Positions 63,083-64,000 of a stretch of 64,000 nucleotides of DNA are shown piece after piece. Location of the stretch: assembly GCA_963741205.1 (NCBI GenBank), contig CAVUHW010000030.1, positions 64,001 to 128,000 of the forward strand. The letters are read 5' to 3'. The notes below the pieces were generated by a model. That model saw only the letters and a program-made list of their open reading frames with translations, did no database searches and was not told the origin of the DNA. Origin of the DNA: Nitrospirota bacterium. GTDB taxonomy: Bacteria; Nitrospirota; UBA9217. Numbering within the stretch: position 1 is the first letter of the stretch; each line of letters begins with the position of its first letter. The translations under genes were made by a program, and so were the position numbers.

Positions 63083-64000
63083 CCTAGAACAGCGATAGAA
63101 ATTTCGATACGCTCGCAAAGGGCGGAACAGGCTTTTTAAAAAGCTGCCACTTGCAGGATCAGCAAAGATACTCATAACCGCCTCAGCCAGCGAAGCGCAT
63201 TTTGCTGGCGTGCGCATCCGGTTTAGGACGTACCTGTCCTTTCTCGCTTAGCTGATTCGTTTTGATTTGGCAACAGCCTTACATCGCTGTGTTCTCTCTA
63301 TAGCAACGCTGCCGGATATCTGAAAGAGGATGAGCTTCTCCGTATCTACGGCAAGCCTCAGAATCACTTGCCCGCATGTCGCACAATCCGCCCGGCTGTC
63401 TGGATCAACTTCATCGGAAGGTGGAGATCGTATGGTGTGCCCAGGCTGAAGGGCCGGCGAGACGCTTGAACCGATAAAAAGATTGTACGCGATTACGCCG
63501 ATGCGGAAGTAAACCGCATTGGCGAAGCCTGGCCGCAGGGCATCTGGTCCTGCCCAAAGCCGCCCTTCAGTTCCTTGTTGAAGTTTCCGCCTGCCCACGC
63601 TGATTGTGCCAGGAGCACTGCCTGGGTATCTTTTTGTTCCTCCGGCCAGTTCGTGGCCACCACATGATAGTGAAACTTCCCTCGGCTGCGTCGAACAGAT
63701 TGGCCTGACGCCGAAGTTCACGCTTGCACACCAGCCGGAAGGACGTTTTTGTCTTATTCATGCTGTGGACGGCCTCGGCAAGCTCATAGCCGCAGCCACG
63801 TAGGGGCTCCTCCATGCATCTTCAGGGATGCCGCGAACTATCGCTTTGATCGCAGAATCCAGATCCGTGGTAATCGTCCAGAGCACGCGTCTTCTTCCAG
63901 CTCATTGATCACTCGGCCTGATAGGAGGCGCTGTCGGCCGATACCGCCCTATGCGCTTGCCTGGGGCATGTGTTCTTTGCACTGGCGGTAAAAGGGCACC
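63083..64000 (-). mobile_element. IS1380-family element, 3' part (transposase frameshifted, runs off the window)
   Basis: H.M..T...FRLV, YHVVATN, W.NQRG.AE..NKELK..FG, ANA.YF.IG..AYNL; candidate terminal IR CCTAGAACAGCGAT at 63083. Confidence 0.75.

Noticed and set aside
1-64000. tRNA, rRNA, prophage or integrase genes
   Set aside because: None recognised by eye; a tRNAscan-SE/Infernal run would be needed to exclude small RNAs

Overview
GC-rich bacterial chromosome, most likely an anaerobic Nitrospirota/Desulfobacterota-type organism (inferred from gene content). Single-base frameshifts occur throughout, including in hemL, argF and ccsB, so they look like uncorrected long-read errors; ORF pieces were rejoined by eye. 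The left half (~3.9-30.7 kb, minus strand) is one accessory locus. It runs: an atypical AraC response regulator triplicated with its own tandem-site promoter; a ~2,820-aa secreted DUF11/isopeptide-repeat adhesin; a ~1,710-aa protein with three OmpA-like domains and a giant beta-barrel carrying a SprA-like motif; a periplasmic protein; three TPR proteins; a GltF-like protein; ExbB plus two ExbD; a GltG/AgmX-like TonB-C protein; Pal; and a TIR protein. This is the 'core' Agl-Glt motor coupled to a giant adhesin and barrel, and is the best candidate here for an undescribed PMF-driven adhesin export/assembly system. The right half is mostly housekeeping and bioenergetic: a permuted CHRD lipoprotein, LysR plus a small protein, tex, a divergent RelA/SpoT-like enzyme, hemL-atpZ-atpI followed by a CbcSTU-like complex and multiheme cytochromes, mobB, tatAC, queF, a core methionine synthase, tonB, argDF, an ABC binding protein, a tnpB-only IS605-family element, resB-ccsB and a partial IS1380.
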